Made by a program: the position numbers and the translations under genes
Assembly: GCA_964637575.1 (NCBI GenBank)
Contig: CAZWVU010000003.1
Location: 65,586 to 129,585, forward strand
Source: an uncultured Candidatus Saccharibacteria bacterium
Lineage (GTDB): Bacteria > Patescibacteriota > Minisyncoccia > UBA6257 > WO2-44-18
Length of the DNA: 64,000 nucleotides
Direction of reading: 5' to 3'
Part shown: one piece after another, positions 29,862 through 38,023 of the stretch
Layout: every line of letters starts with the position of its first letter
How positions within the stretch are numbered: the first letter of the stretch is position 1
The notes under the pieces: generated by a model
Told to the model about the DNA's origin: nothing
The model's database searches: none
Seen by the model: only the letters and a program-made list of their open reading frames with translations

Positions 29862-31952
29862 CTATTCGTCGGTGGTTTTTTCTTCGGGGTTCAATTCTTC
29901 CTCTTCCGGCTTATCGTCTTCCTCCTGTTCCTTGCCGGCGGTCTCCAGTTTTGCGGGAGCATTCGGGTTGCCGGTTTCGGCGGAGGCCTGTCCTTCCGCG
30001 GCGGGCGGATTAAGCGGGTTCGTCCAGGACGCATAATCGCATTTCGGATACCGGTTGCAGCCCCAGAAGATTTTGCCGCGGGCGCGGCCGCGCGTCACTT
30101 TGCGCTCGATGACATCGCCTTCGCCGCACTTCGGGCACTTCATGCCGATGCTCTTCGGCGGTTCTTTCGGCAAGGCTTTCGTGGTCTTGCAGTCCGGAAA
30201 GCCGGAGCAGGCGAGAAACTTTCCAAAGCGGCCGTATTTGATCATCATCGGCTTCCCGCACTTCGGGCATTTTTCATCCGTCATCTCATCTTTGATCTCT
30301 TTCTTTACGTCGATATATTTCTCCTCCAGATTCTTGGCGAACGGCACATAAAAATCGCCGATGAGCTGCTGCCATTTTTCCTTGCCGTGCGCGACGTTGT
30401 CCAGCTGTTCCTCCATTTTCGCCGTGAAGTTGATGTCGACGATCTGCGGGAAGTTTTCAGTGAGTACTTTGTTTACCAGCTCGCCGATTTCGGTCGGTTT
30501 GAACTTGCCCTGTTCTTTCTGGACGTAATTGCGCGTCTGGATAACTGAAAGCGTCGGCGCATAGGTAGAAGGGCGGCCGATGCCGTGTTCTTCCAGCGCT
30601 TTGATGAGGGTAGCTTCGGAATACCGCGGCGGCGGTTCGGTGAAATGCTGGAACGGCGTGATCGCGTTCGCGCGCAGACGGTCGCCCTTGGCAAGATCGG
30701 GAAGATTTTTTTCCGAAAACTTCTGCGGCCAGACCTTAAGGTAGCCGTCGAAAATGATCTGCTGGCCGTTCGCCCGCAGGGTGTATTTGCCGGCAGTGGC
30801 GTCAGCGGCGGTCAGCGCAATTTTTGCGGCAGGCATCTGGGAGCCGACAGAACGCTGCCAGATCATCTTATACAGTTTTTTCTCTCCGGCATCAGTCAGG
30901 CCGATTGTGTCCGGGTGGTCGAAGACGTGCGTCGGGCGGATGGCTTCATGCGCCTCCTGTACCAGCTTTGATTTCGCTTTGAAGAGACGGGGAGCAGCGA
31001 GCGCGTATTCCTTGCCCAGTTCTTTTTCGAGCCATTCTTTCGCCGCGCCGACGAATTCCCCGGAAAGATTGACCGAGTCCGTACGCATGTAGGTGATGTG
31101 GCCGTTCTCATACAGATGCTGGGCGATGACCATCGTTTTTTTCGCGGAAAAGCCGAGACGGCGGGCGGCCTCCTGCTGCATTGTGCTGGTGGTGAAAGGG
31201 GAGGGGGGATTTTTCGTTGCTTCTTTGCGATGGATATCGGAAATGACAAAATCGGATTTCTGAAGTTCTGCGACAATTGATTCGGCCTGAGCTTTCGATT
31301 TGATATCAAACTTCTCAATCGCGGTATCATCAATCTTGGTCAGATTGAATTCGATCGAATCCGATCCCTTGAGCAGCTCCGCCACGATCGTCCAGTACTC
31401 CTCCGGCGTGAAGGCGCGGATTTCGTTCTCGCGTTCCACGATCAGGCGGACGGCCACCGATTGCACGCGTCCGGCGGAAAGTCCCCGCACCACTTTTTTC
31501 CAGAGAAACGGGGAAAGTTTGTAGCCGACCAGGCGATCCAGTACGCGACGCGCCTGCTGGGCGTCCACCAGGTTGGTGTCGAGCGCCCGCGGGTGTTTAA
31601 GGGCGTTTTCAATGGCGCTTTTGGTGATTTCATGGAACACAATGCGGCGCGGTTTTTTGATGCCGAGCGTTTCCGCCAGATGCCAGGCGATCGCCTCTCC
31701 CTCGCGGTCTTCGTCAGTCGCGAGAATAATCTCATCGCTTTTCTTTGCGTCCTCTTTGAGCTGTTTCACCACCTTCTTCGCTTTGACGGGAATCAGGTAT
31801 TTCGGTTCGTAGTTGTGCTCGAGGTCGATACCCAGCGTACTTTTAGGAAGGTCGCGAATATGGCCGTATGAGGATTCGACTTTATAATCGGGTCCGAGGA
31901 ATTTTGAAATTGTCTTTGCCTTGGTAGGGCTTTCTACTATTACTAAATTCAT
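29862..31952 (-). CDS. topA: DNA topoisomerase I
   Basis: Toprim N-terminus (LVIVESPTKAKTI..GHIRDL), active-site Tyr region, C-terminal zinc ribbons (CPKCG), acidic tail. Confidence 0.9.
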   Translation of the reverse strand: MNLVIVESPTKAKTISKFLGPDYKVESSYGHIRDLPKSTLGIDLEHNYEPKYLIPVKAKKVVKQLKEDAKKSDEIILATDEDREGEAIAWHLAETLGIKKPRRIVFHEITKSAIENALKHPRALDTNLVDAQQARRVLDRLVGYKLSPFLWKKVVRGLSAGRVQSVAVRLIVERENEIRAFTPEEYWTIVAELLKGSDSIEFNLTKIDDTAIEKFDIKSKAQAESIVAELQKSDFVISDIHRKEATKNPPSPFTTSTMQQEAARRLGFSAKKTMVIAQHLYENGHITYMRTDSVNLSGEFVGAAKEWLEKELGKEYALAAPRLFKAKSKLVQEAHEAIRPTHVFDHPDTIGLTDAGEKKLYKMIWQRSVGSQMPAAKIALTAADATAGKYTLRANGQQIIFDGYLKVWPQKFSEKNLPDLAKGDRLRANAITPFQHFTEPPPRYSEATLIKALEEHGIGRPSTYAPTLSVIQTRNYVQKEQGKFKPTEIGELVNKVLTENFPQIVDINFTAKMEEQLDNVAHGKEKWQQLIGDFYVPFAKNLEEKYIDVKKEIKDEMTDEKCPKCGKPMMIKYGRFGKFLACSGFPDCKTTKALPKEPPKSIGMKCPKCGEGDVIERKVTRGRARGKIFWGCNRYPKCDYASWTNPLNPPAAEGQASAETGNPNAPAKLETAGKEQEEDDKPEEEELNPEEKTTDE

Positions 31953-31954
31953 AG

Positions 31955-32830
31955 TTACAAGTAATATCTGCCGCCGGATTCCTTAACAATACCCTGAATT
32001 ATGAGTAACGTCAGGTTTCGGGTGACGACAGAAACATCCATTTTCGTTAAATCCCCGATTTTGTCAACCGGAACGGCTTCGCCCGCGGAACGGATCGCGG
32101 AGACAATTGCCTTCGGCGTTTCTCCCAGCATGGCTTCCTGAAAGGGAAGGGTTGCCGGCGCCATCGGGGCCAGATTGAGATCATCCAATACCTCCGCGGC
32201 CGTAGTCACCAGCCGGGCGCCCGCGCGGATCAAGGCATGCGATCCTTTATAATTTTCGTGATTCGCCGGGCCGGGCACCACAAATATCTCCCGGTTCTGT
32301 TCGAGGGCGTGAGTGGCCGTCGCGAGCGCCCCTGACTTTTCCGGCGCTTCGATCACAATAATCCCGAGCGATAGTCCGCTCACAATCCGGTTGCGCTCCA
32401 GGAAGTGATTCTTAATGCTCGGCATTCCCGGATCATATTCGCTGATGAGCGCGCCGCTATTGCGGAGCATGCGTGCGGCAAGATTTTCATGGTGTACCGG
32501 ATAGATTCTGTCGATTCCGACGGGGAGGACGGCAATCGTCCGGCCTTTGGCGTCCAGCGCGCCTTCATGCGCGGCGCCGTCAATGCCGAGCGCCAGACCG
32601 CTGACAATCACCGCTCCCGCGGCCGACAGTTCTTTCGCGAATGACCGGGCGATCGTCAATCCCTGCGCGGTGGCCTTCCGCGTTCCGACGATCGCGATGT
32701 GCGGCCGGCTGTCCAGATCAAAACCGCCTCGGGCGTACAGCTTAAGCGGGGGATTGGGAATCTCTTTCAGCGCCGCCGGGTAATTGGCGTCGCCGGAGCG
32801 GATTATTGCGAAGTCGGGGCGGTCGGGCAT
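31955..32830 (-). CDS. dprA: DNA processing protein DprA (Smf)
   Basis: Rossmann-like DprA core (IVSGLALGIDGAAH...GALISEY...RNRIVSGLS). Sits immediately upstream of topA, a conserved dprA-topA pairing. Start at 32830. Confidence 0.8.
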   Translation of the reverse strand: MPDRPDFAIIRSGDANYPAALKEIPNPPLKLYARGGFDLDSRPHIAIVGTRKATAQGLTIARSFAKELSAAGAVIVSGLALGIDGAAHEGALDAKGRTIAVLPVGIDRIYPVHHENLAARMLRNSGALISEYDPGMPSIKNHFLERNRIVSGLSLGIIVIEAPEKSGALATATHALEQNREIFVVPGPANHENYKGSHALIRAGARLVTTAAEVLDDLNLAPMAPATLPFQEAMLGETPKAIVSAIRSAGEAVPVDKIGDLTKMDVSVVTRNLTLLIIQGIVKESGGRYYL

Positions 32831-32848
32831 TGTGATATAATAATAGTA

Positions 32849-33373
32849 ATGATGAGTTTCAAAAAGCAACTCGGGGTCCAGCTTCTGATCGCGTTCGCGG
32901 CAATCGCCGCCGCATTGATCGCCACCCAGCTCATTGCCAGCCACCTGGATGCAAGCGCCAATGCCATTCTTGAGCAAAAACGGAATCTGGCGCTCAGAAT
33001 TCATGCCACCGACCAGCTTGCCTCGCTCAAAGCCGCGTCCGACAAAGCCCAGCCTCTGGTCGCTTTTTTAAACAGCACGCTTCCTCCCAAAGACGACCTG
33101 ATCAATTTCGGGCAGTCGCTCCGCCAGCTCGCGAAAAACGAGGGGATCGATCTCGGTTTTTCATTCGGCGGCGAGGCGCCGCCGAAAGGAAATCTTCCGG
33201 GCTATATTCCTTTCTCGATCACCGGAAGCGGAACGTACGAAAATTTTCAGAAGTTTCTAAAGGACGTGGAAAGCAGCCGTTATTTCGTGAAATTTAATTC
33301 GTTCGATCTCGTGCGGGAAGGCGACACCAACTCTTTCAACCTCCGCGCCGACGGCCAGGTGTTTTACCAATAA
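32849..33373 (+). CDS. PilO-like type IV pilus assembly membrane protein (tentative)
   Basis: N-terminal TM helix, then a coiled-coil, then a C-terminal alpha/beta domain. Size and architecture fit PilO/PilN. Starts only 18 bp from the divergent dprA start. Confidence 0.35.
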   Translation: MMSFKKQLGVQLLIAFAAIAAALIATQLIASHLDASANAILEQKRNLALRIHATDQLASLKAASDKAQPLVAFLNSTLPPKDDLINFGQSLRQLAKNEGIDLGFSFGGEAPPKGNLPGYIPFSITGSGTYENFQKFLKDVESSRYFVKFNSFDLVREGDTNSFNLRADGQVFYQ

Positions 33374-33374
33374 T

Positions 33375-33569
33375 ATGCAAAAATCCCTGTTATTCTATAT
33401 CGCGGGCGGCCTTCTCGGCCTTTTCCTCCTTATCTACGTGATCTATCTGGTCAATTTCTTAGTGAGCAGGATTTCGGTCGTCTCGGGAACGAATCTTTTG
33501 CAGACGCCGCAGATTACCACCTATAACTTTGATAAGTTCAGGCAAATTAAGGGGGCGCCGCAGCAATAG
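33375..33569 (+). CDS. Small membrane protein (64 aa)
   Basis: Single TM helix. Begins 2 nt after the PilO-like stop codon. Confidence 0.35.
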   Translation: MQKSLLFYIAGGLLGLFLLIYVIYLVNFLVSRISVVSGTNLLQTPQITTYNFDKFRQIKGAPQQ

Positions 33570-33597
33570 TTGCGACGAAGGCAAAAATACGTATACT
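33570..33597 (+). promoter_or_regulatory. Sigma70-like promoter for tRNA-Ile (TTGCGA-N16-TATACT)
   Basis: Hexamers with a 16-nt spacer, about 25 nt upstream of the tRNA 5' end. Confidence 0.4.
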
Positions 33598-33622
33598 AGC
33601 TAATATTGGCTTAGAGTTTTTC

Positions 33623-33694
33623 GCGTGTGTAGTTCAGTGGTAGAACGCTGTCCTGATAAGACAGAGGTCGAAGGTTCGATTCCTTCCACACGCA
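33623..33694 (+). tRNA. tRNA-Ile (anticodon GAT)
   Basis: Acceptor stem GCGTGTG/CACACGC, D-arm TAGTTCAGTGGTAGAAC, anticodon loop CTGATAA, T-loop GGTTCGATTCC. Confidence 0.85.
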
Positions 33695-33796
33695 CTTCTA
33701 AAATAGAATCGAAGCCCGCAGCTCAATTTCTAGCAGGAAATTGAGTGAGGGGCGGCCTGCGACCGAGGCGAGCGACGGCGAGCCGAGAGTTGTAGG

Positions 33797-33815
33797 CGAT
33801 TCCTTCCACACGCAC
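33797..33815 (+). repeat. 19-bp direct repeat of the tRNA-Ile 3' end (cgattccttccacacgcac)
   Basis: Exact copy of 33677-33695, located 120 bp downstream. Resembles an att scar. Confidence 0.6.
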
Positions 33816-33857
33816 CCTACCCCAAATTTATCTGTTTTTAAGCTCAAAAGCGGCCTA

Positions 33858-33885
33858 TTGACATTTTTTAATAGCATGGTAAGAT
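33858..33885 (+). promoter_or_regulatory. Sigma70-like promoter (TTGACA-N16-TAAGAT) for the 3D-domain gene
   Basis: Consensus -35 hexamer, 16-nt spacer, then a -10-like hexamer. Confidence 0.4.
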
Positions 33886-33933
33886 GTTGGCACATAAAAG
33901 ATCCCCAGATGCGGGGTTTTTTTATTACCCAAT

Positions 33934-34392
33934 ATGAATACATTATTGCAGACTCTGATCAACGGTGCCTTGTCGCTTTCCATCATCGCAAATATCGGAG
34001 CGATTGCCCCGATTGCGAAAGTGGACGCGCAGGCCGCGCCGGTAGCAATCGAGCAGGTGGCCGACACGTCGCTTACTGCGACCGCGCCGATGGACGAGGA
34101 GGTAACGCGTATGTCCGCGAAGATCACCGCCTATTCGTCCACGGAAGACCAGACCGACGATTCGCCGTTCATTACAGCGTCCGGCGCCCATGTGGCGGAT
34201 GGAATCGTGGCCTCGAATTTCCTGCCGCTCCATACCCACATCAAGATCCCGGCTTTGTTCGGGGAAAAAATCTTCGTGGTGGAGGATCGGATGGCCAAGC
34301 GGTTTTCCGACCGGGTGGATATCTGGATGCCGGACCGCACCAGCGCCTGGAAATTCGGTCTCCAGCACGCGGAAATCGTGGTGCTGAAGTAA
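33934..34392 (+). CDS. 3D-domain (MltA-like / YocH-like) cell-wall-associated protein
   Basis: C-terminal 3D domain with conserved Asp residues (ITAYSSTEDQTDDSPFITASGAHVADGIVA...FVVEDRM). N-terminal signal/anchor. Confidence 0.7.
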   Translation: MNTLLQTLINGALSLSIIANIGAIAPIAKVDAQAAPVAIEQVADTSLTATAPMDEEVTRMSAKITAYSSTEDQTDDSPFITASGAHVADGIVASNFLPLHTHIKIPALFGEKIFVVEDRMAKRFSDRVDIWMPDRTSAWKFGLQHAEIVVLK

Positions 34393-34407
34393 AAGTCCCA
34401 GTCAAAA

Positions 34408-34434
34408 AACTCCCGTCTTGAGCGGGAGTTTTGT
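34408..34434 (+). terminator. Rho-independent terminator
   Basis: aactcccg / cgggagtt stem followed by a T-run. Confidence 0.65.
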
Positions 34435-34446
34435 TATACTGGGAGG

Positions 34447-34803
34447 ATGGTCGGCCATATTGTCAAAGTTCGTTTCGCGATCCTTCTGTTGAGCATCGGT
34501 TTGGCGATCACGTATTTTTACGCGGCGATCTCCGGTCTCCAGCATCCGAGCGACTGGATCGGATTTTTTCCGCCTTTTCTGCGCGACAATCCTTTGGCGG
34601 GCACGATGCTCACCGGATTTTCCATTTTTGAGATTATTCTGGGCGTGTGGCTGATATCCGGAATCAGGACAGTGCTCGCGGCGGTGATTTCTACCCTCCT
34701 TATGATCGGTATTATGGTGGCAACGCCCGATTCTCTGGTAATTACGTTCCGCGATATCGGGCTGGCGTTCGCTTCAATGGCGCTGGCGGTGTTGGCCAGG
34801 TAG
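34447..34803 (+). CDS. Small multi-TM membrane protein (DoxX-like?)
   Basis: Four predicted TM helices. No other motif. Confidence 0.45.
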   Translation: MVGHIVKVRFAILLLSIGLAITYFYAAISGLQHPSDWIGFFPPFLRDNPLAGTMLTGFSIFEIILGVWLISGIRTVLAAVISTLLMIGIMVATPDSLVITFRDIGLAFASMALAVLAR

Positions 34804-34839
34804 CGCTACACTTACAGAAGTTTTTTATGGAGGCCGGCT

Positions 34840-35016
34840 ATGGCTCCCGATGATTTTCTCGTGCGTCACGGTTGGTGGGTCTTTCTTGTTGCCGCGATAA
34901 TTATATTCGGCCTGCGCGCGATGATTATACTCCGCCCCGGGAAATGCGCCGGCTGTCCCTGCTGTACCTGCAAATGCCGGCAGTGCGTTCCAATCAAAAC
35001 CAAAAATCCCCAATGA
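34840..35016 (+). CDS. Cys-rich membrane micropeptide (58 aa)
   Basis: Not in the supplied ORF track (under 60 aa). GGAGG Shine-Dalgarno 6 nt upstream. One TM helix, then KCAGCPCCTCKCRQC. The stop codon sits in the loop of a terminator hairpin. Confidence 0.4.
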   Translation: MAPDDFLVRHGWWVFLVAAIIIFGLRAMIILRPGKCAGCPCCTCKCRQCVPIKTKNPQ

Positions 35017-35036
35017 AAGGGGATTTTATTTTTTAG
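35006..35036 (+). terminator. Rho-independent terminator
   Basis: atcccc / ggggat stem followed by a long T-run. Confidence 0.6.
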
Positions 35037-35051
35037 CTGCTTTTTATTTTG

Positions 35052-35135
35052 TGCTCGGGGTGGGAGTCGAACCCACATAACCTTGCGGTTGGAGGATCTT
35101 AAGTCCTCTGCGTCTGCCAGTTCCGCCACCCGAGC
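35052..35135 (-). tRNA. tRNA-Leu (anticodon TAA)
   Basis: Acceptor stem GCTCGGG/CCCGAGC, anticodon loop CTTAAGA, long variable arm. Confidence 0.8.
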
Positions 35136-35148
35136 ATAATCGGCTTTG

Positions 35149-35220
35149 AGGCGCCGGTGGGAATCGAACCCGCGTATAGCTGTTTTGCAGACAGCTGCCT
35201 TACCACTTGGCTACGGCGCC
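35149..35220 (-). tRNA. tRNA-Cys (anticodon GCA)
   Basis: Acceptor stem GGCGCCG/CGGCGCC, anticodon loop CTGCAAA, discriminator U. One T-stem mismatch. Confidence 0.7.
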
Positions 35221-35224
35221 ATTA

Positions 35225-35566
35225 TTATTCTCTAGTATCCTCTTCCAGCAGCGCTTTTTCAACCCCGGCGGCTTTTTCGGGGCCGAGGTCAAGTTTGAAA
35301 TCAATGCGCGGCGTCGGCTTGATATTCATCATGCGGACCAGTTTATATTGAAGTCCGCGTTTGGCTTTTTGGAGAATCTCCAGCACTTCCTCACCCTTTT
35401 CCGAGGGAATCACGCTTATTTTAATCATCGCTTCAGTCACATCCTTGCTGACACGGACTTCGGTGATCGTGATAAGCGCGCCCGGGATGTCAATTTCCCG
35501 GAGCAGCAGCTGATTCAACTGGTCCTGGAGGAGTGAACTGACACGGTCGGGGCGGTGGAATTTCAT
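35225..35566 (-). CDS. rbfA: Ribosome-binding factor A
   Basis: RbfA KH-like fold sequence (RVSSLLQDQLNQLL...ITEVRVSKD). Located downstream of infB, a conserved order. Confidence 0.8.
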   Translation of the reverse strand: MKFHRPDRVSSLLQDQLNQLLLREIDIPGALITITEVRVSKDVTEAMIKISVIPSEKGEEVLEILQKAKRGLQYKLVRMMNIKPTPRIDFKLDLGPEKAAGVEKALLEEDTRE

Positions 35567-36976
35567 TTATCGCTGAATGAGAATGTCGCCGACGGCTATT
35601 TCGGTCTGGGAATCAAATATCAGGCCGCACTGATTTCCCGCGGCCACGGACTTCACGTCGCGCTTCATGCTCTGGAGATTGATTATTTTCCCGCTGCCCG
35701 TTACCGTGCCTTTGCGTTCCACTTCCAGCACCGCGTTGTTGGAAATTACCCCTTCCTTCACCTCGCCGCCGATAACCTGTTTGGTTCCTTTTTTGCTGAA
35801 CGCCGCGAGAATTTCCAGCGTGCCAAGCGCTACCGCTTTGCCGAGCGATGCCAGCGTTTCTTCCACGGTTTTTACCAGATCATAAATAATTTCCGACTGG
35901 ACGATTTTGATATTCTGGGCGCGGGCCAGCGTTTCCGCCGCCTTGCCGGCCTCCGTGCGGAATCCGATAATAAACGACTTGGTGGACGCCGCGAGCTTCA
36001 CGTCGCCGTCGGTAATATCGCCCACGCTCTCTTCGACAATTTCAATATGCTGATCCTTTTTCAAGGGGAGCGTCTTTACTACCTGGTGCAGGGCTTCCAG
36101 CGAACCGCTGACATCCGCCTTTAAGATTAAATTCACCGTTCCTTCCCGGGCTTCCTTTGAAATGATTTTGCGCGGAGCTTTGGTAATCGTGGCGATTTCT
36201 GCGTGCGGCCCGACGTGAAATTCGTCGCCCGCTTTCGGTACGGAATCGAATCCCATCACAATTGCCGGAGACGAGGGGAGAAGCTGGTCAACTTTTTTAC
36301 CGAGAAAATTTTCGAGAATTTTCACTTTTCCGGAAACGGCGCCGGCCGCGATCTCGTCGCCCTGCTTCAGGGTGCCGTCAGTGACAATCAGCGTCGCCAT
36401 GACGCCGCGCCGGCGGTCCATCTTGGACTCAAGCACAATGCCGCTCGCGTGATGCGCCGGATCATAATCGAGGTGTTCCAGTTCGGCGGCGAGCAGGATC
36501 AGGTCCAGGAGATCGTTCACGCCGTCGCCGGTAAGTGCTGAGACCGGCTGGTTGCTGACGTTGCCGCCGTAGCCTTCAAGAAATACGCCGGCCTGCATCA
36601 GCTCGTTTTTTACTTTGGAGGTATCGGGAACCTTATCAATCTTATTGATGGCGACGATGAACGGTGTCTTGGTTTCCTGGATAATCCGGAGCGCTTCTTT
36701 GGTCTGCGGCTGGACGCCATCGTCAGCGGCGACGATCAGGATGGCGATGTCGGCGATGCCGGCGCCGCGCTCTTTGATTTTGGAAAACGCCTCATGGCCG
36801 GGAGTGTCTATAAAAGTAACGCGCTGGCCATTATGTTCTATTTCATATGCTCCGACGGATTGGGTAATCCCGCCGGCTTCTTTGGCGGCGACATTGGCTT
36901 TGCGGATGTAGTCGAGAAGGGTAGTTTTCCCGTGGTCCACACTGCCCATTATTACTACAATTGGAGAGCGCTTCAT
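35567..36976 (-). CDS. infB: Translation initiation factor IF-2 (short, G-domain to C-terminus only)
   Basis: GTPase G1 motif ([12 protein letters not shown]), G3 motif (DTPGHEAF) and G4 motif (NKID). Start at MKRSPIVV with a GGAG Shine-Dalgarno. The TTG at 37012 is an alternative start. Confidence 0.85.
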   Translation of the reverse strand: MKRSPIVVIMGSVDHGKTTLLDYIRKANVAAKEAGGITQSVGAYEIEHNGQRVTFIDTPGHEAFSKIKERGAGIADIAILIVAADDGVQPQTKEALRIIQETKTPFIVAINKIDKVPDTSKVKNELMQAGVFLEGYGGNVSNQPVSALTGDGVNDLLDLILLAAELEHLDYDPAHHASGIVLESKMDRRRGVMATLIVTDGTLKQGDEIAAGAVSGKVKILENFLGKKVDQLLPSSPAIVMGFDSVPKAGDEFHVGPHAEIATITKAPRKIISKEAREGTVNLILKADVSGSLEALHQVVKTLPLKKDQHIEIVEESVGDITDGDVKLAASTKSFIIGFRTEAGKAAETLARAQNIKIVQSEIIYDLVKTVEETLASLGKAVALGTLEILAAFSKKGTKQVIGGEVKEGVISNNAVLEVERKGTVTGSGKIINLQSMKRDVKSVAAGNQCGLIFDSQTEIAVGDILIQR

Positions 36977-37022
36977 GCTCCAAATTGTGCCAGAAAATTG
37001 AGATTTGGGCAAATAAATCTTA

Positions 37023-37057
37023 AATTTTAAAGTTTAAATTTGAAATTTAAAATGAAT
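37023..37057 (-). repeat. 35-bp AT-rich element, copy 2 of 2 (reverse orientation)
   Basis: Reverse complement is identical to 7391-7425. Lies in the infB leader. Confidence 0.7.
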
Positions 37058-37138
37058 GTTTAATGCTTAAATTTTTTAAACATTACGTCATTTAAAATTG
37101 ATTAAAAATTAAAAATTTTAAATTGGTATAATGAACCT

Positions 37139-38023
37139 ATGCCCGATATCAACAAGCTTCTTAAGGACTACCTGGACTATCTGGAAATCGACAAAAACCG
37201 TTCGCCGAAGACGCGGCAGAATTACGAACGTTACCTCAACGCATTCCTTTCTCATCAAAAGATCAAACAATTGAAGGATTTGACGCTGGACACAATCAAT
37301 AATTTCCGGCTGGCCATGGCGCGCGAGAAAGATATCAAGAAAGTTACCCAGTCGTATTACGTGATCGCCATCCGCAACTTTCTGAAGTACCTCATCAAAA
37401 AAGATTATGACGTGGTGGCGCCGGATAAAATCGAATTGCCGAAGATCGCCCAGCGGCAGATTGAACTTGTGGAATTCAGCGATCTGGACCGGCTCCTTGC
37501 CGCGCCTGATTTGGGCACGCTCCGCGGAATGCGCGACAAAGCTATTCTGGAACTATTCTTTTCCACCGGACTCCGCCTCTCCGAACTCTGCTCGCTCAAT
37601 CGTTATCTGAATTTTGATAAAGGCGAGCTGACTGTCCGGGGAAAAGGGGAAAAACTGCGGCTGGTGTTCATTTCCGACGGCGCCAAAAAAGCGCTCAAAC
37701 AATATCTCGACAAGCGTCCCGACACCCACGAGCACCTTTTTATCAGCCTGGATAAAAGCGACAAGGTGATAGGCAAGATCACGCCGCGCGCCGTCCAGCG
37801 CCTGGTTTCCTACTACGCGCAAAAAGCCGGCATTACGCGGCGGCTGACGCCGCACGGCCTGCGCCATCTTTTCGCGACCGACTTACTGATGAACGGCGCC
37901 GACTTGCGTTCGGTCCAGGAACTGCTTGGCCACGCCAACGTCGCGACCACGCAGGTCTACACGCACCTCACTAACAAGCACCTCAAAGAAGTCCACGACG
38001 CTTTTCACGCCAAGCGCCGTTAG
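37139..38023 (+). CDS. Tyrosine site-specific recombinase, XerC/XerD family
   Basis: Catalytic R..HxxR..Y region (LRHLFATDLL...LLGHANVATTQVYTHL). Confidence 0.8.
   Translation: MPDINKLLKDYLDYLEIDKNRSPKTRQNYERYLNAFLSHQKIKQLKDLTLDTINNFRLAMAREKDIKKVTQSYYVIAIRNFLKYLIKKDYDVVAPDKIELPKIAQRQIELVEFSDLDRLLAAPDLGTLRGMRDKAILELFFSTGLRLSELCSLNRYLNFDKGELTVRGKGEKLRLVFISDGAKKALKQYLDKRPDTHEHLFISLDKSDKVIGKITPRAVQRLVSYYAQKAGITRRLTPHGLRHLFATDLLMNGADLRSVQELLGHANVATTQVYTHLTNKHLKEVHDAFHAKRR

Noticed and set aside
37139-38023. XerC/XerD-family recombinase considered as the integrase of the adjacent segment
   Set aside because: It is separated from the tRNA-Leu/segment by gpmI and has the typical chromosomal dimer-resolution Xer architecture. 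It is more likely housekeeping.
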